Source: Neoconidiobolus thromboides FSU 785
Lineage: Eukaryota > Fungi > Entomophthoromycota
Assembly: GCA_025603075.1 (NCBI GenBank)
Contig: MU626339.1
Location: 1 to 64,000 of the forward strand
DNA length: 64,000 bases
Reading direction: 5' to 3'
The first letter of the stretch is position 1. Every line of letters starts with the position of its first letter. The notes under the pieces are model-generated. The model saw nothing but the letters and a program-made list of their open reading frames with translations, made no database searches and was not told the origin of the DNA. Position numbers and translations under genes: made by a program. Shown here one piece after another: positions 61,949 to 64,000 of this stretch.

Positions 61949-62374
61949 AAATAATTAAAAGTTTTATAAAAAGTTTTTGTATAAAAATAAAAATATTGCT
62001 AAAAAAATAATATAAAAAGATAATATCTTTTATAATTAGATAGTAGAAATTCTTACAGTAAATCAAAATAAAAAACTCTGAGTTAATTATACCATATGAA
62101 TTATAATTAATTATAAAGCTGATAAAGTGATATATTTATAATGTTGAGATTTTATTAAAGTTATTGCTAGGTTTTAATAAGTATAAGTGCTTTTATGCTT
62201 ATTTACAGATTTTAAGTAAAACAATACAACGCAACTTGATATGATTATTTTTATTACATGAAACTTTATTGTTTAAGTATAAAATTATTATTATTACTTT
62301 GATTATTTTATTTTTCATTTTTTATTTTTTATTTCTTAATTATGTTTACTAAATTATTGAAAGCTATAGTATAT

Positions 62375-62472
62375 GAGGATGTTTTTTTTGATTTCATCAT
62401 TTTTCCATTTTTTAAGCACTGTTTGAGTAGAAAGATTGTTACTAAAATTCTTAAACACAAAAAAACATCCCC
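62375..62472 (-). mobile_element. MITE copy 17
   Basis: Perfect ATAT/ATAT flanks. Confidence 0.9.
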
Positions 62473-62512
62473 ATATAATATTACTAGATTGGTATAATTT
62501 TGTTAAATATTT

Positions 62513-62611
62513 GGGGATGTTTTTTTTTGGTTTCATTACTTTTTCCATTTTTAACTACTATTTGAGCGGAAAAATTCTTAGTAAAATCCTTAAACACAAA
62601 AATACATTCCC
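62513..62611 (-). mobile_element. MITE copy 18
   Basis: Perfect ATTT/ATTT flanks; 40 bp from copy 17. Confidence 0.9.
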
Positions 62612-63155
62612 ATTTGTATATTTAAAATAATAAATTCATAACTTTTTATTATACAAAGTAGTTATTTATACAATTTAGAAATATTTTGCAGTAGCTTAAA
62701 TTCTATTTTACTTACAACACTCAAAATCATATAAATATTTATAAATGTCATATTTTTAGCTCAAGCCTATACTTCTTAATATTGCCTAAAATATTATTAA
62801 AATATGCCATGTTTAAGTTAGTTTAAAAGCTTGGTTCAAGTTTTGTCCAATTTGATTTTTTAAAAAAGTCGCAAGTTAAGCACTAAATGCTACTAAAATA
62901 ATTGGTCTTTTATTTAATTGAAATAGCTCATGCTGGGACGTTTTGTCCAATTTCAATATTTTGAAATATTTTATGCTATATAGGAAATGGACAAAAAAAA
63001 ATGAACTTGCAAATTTTTTAATTTCAACAATTAAACTTGCCCATTTAGAAAGGTTAATTCAAACAAAACAGGTATAAGAGTGATAAACTATTATCAATAT
63101 AAATAGTGCTCATAGTCGAAGGTTTCAAGAATCTTTTGTTAAATTTACAGAGTAA

Positions 63156-64000
63156 ATGGATGCAAGAGATTATTTAAAATATATAAGATACAATGTTTTC
63201 CCCGAAATATCAAAGGTTTCGTTATCGTTAGCAATTGTGGTTGTGTTAACTATGATAGCTTTCAGTAATAAATTATATATATTCATGTACGATTTCTAAA
63301 TTTATTATATAGCCATATACGATCGTAAGTTAGTGAACAGAGTGACTCTTAGATTACAAACTGTTATTGCATGCTATGATATTTGGTCACATTCTTTTCC
63401 ATTATGGGCCAGAGAAAATAGCAAAGAAGGGAATCCTTTATGTACAACTATTGCCTATCAAACATTTGCATTCCCTTTGTTTTATGCTTTCCTTAATGTT
63501 GCTATTGGGATCAACTTACAGTTGGTATTTATTCATGGTATTTTTATAACAAAAAAAATTGAAGTCGCATATTATATTGGATCTATTTTACTTACTCTGT
63601 TAATTACTATTCCACCACTTGGTATAGTGTCTTTGTGATTTTTAAGTTAGTATTAACATGTATTTATTTAGCACTTGGGTTGCTTGGCTATAGTGAATTT
63701 AATGGATGCTATCTAGCGTCAGATGATGAGTATTTCTCTAAAATGTTTGATTTCTTTGCTAACGTCCTAGTGAATCTCATTTGTATGGCTTATTTATTGG
63801 TCATTGTAATTCTTATTTTAATAAAGCTATACCAAGGGCATAAAGTAACAAAAGAAAATCAAGTAGGAATTGATGTTAACAAATCATCTGAGACGCTTAA
63901 GAACATTCGATTACTTGCATCAAGAACGTGATATTATTTATGATTTATAGAATATAGCTAATTTCTTTTAGTTTGTTATATCCAATAGTAATGATTGTAG
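63156..64000 (+). CDS. Git3/cAMP-receptor-like GPCR, 3'-truncated by the window edge
   Basis: Spliced by eye in frame: MDARDY...TMIAF|TIYDRKLVNRVTLRLQ..IACYDI...CTTIAY...LNVAIGINLQLVF...YYIGS..IPPL|ALGLLGYSEFNGCY...IRLLASR|TLLYPIVMIV. Confidence 0.8.

Noticed and set aside
646-62611. CRISPR-like or satellite interpretation of the ~97-bp repeat
   Set aside because: Copies are dispersed, occur in both orientations and carry TIRs and TSDs; there is no regular repeat-spacer array.
2115-62630. Recurring short ORFs encoding ...YLSGKIVSKILKHKNTSP (2115..2402, 24342..24596, 38831..39043, 44223..44408, 62436..62630; also 27867..28082 and 62354..62548), resembling a cationic toxin-peptide family
   Set aside because: They are translations through MITE copies. 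Copy lengths vary (88-100 bp) through homopolymer indels, and starts and stops are not conserved, so there is no sign of coding constraint.

Overview
Very AT-rich (about a quarter GC by eye) eukaryotic DNA with short (~45-60 nt) GT-AG introns. Gene content (Zn2Cys6 factors, Git3/cAMP-receptor-like GPCRs, bestrophin) suggests an early-diverging fungus, probably Entomophthorales/Conidiobolus-like (inference). Layout: (i) 1-3.5 kb, three tandem paralogs of a secreted, Kex2-site (HRR) precursor family with different Gly-rich C-terminal cassettes; (ii) 5.4-8.8 kb, a DUF4203-like membrane protein, bestrophin and ICln/Lot5; (iii) 10-26.5 kb, six Zn2Cys6/Fungal_trans transcription-factor paralogs (one pseudogene) with a BolA gene, a BolA relic and a 291-bp perfect gene-conversion-like tract; (iv) 27-47 kb, a gene-poor zone with an AcrB-like gene, decayed receptor genes and a small secreted amphipathic-peptide gene; (v) 47.5-60.6 kb, a compact block: a long low-complexity protein probably fused to a divergent serine-dehydratase domain, then QRI7, BUB2, VAC14 and RKI1; (vi) a GPCR running off the end. 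About 18 copies of one ~97-bp MITE are scattered across the window, with GGGGATG...CATCCCC termini and 4-bp target-site duplications (10 perfect), consistent with a Sola-type non-autonomous DNA transposon. No rRNA, tRNA or CRISPR array was recognised.
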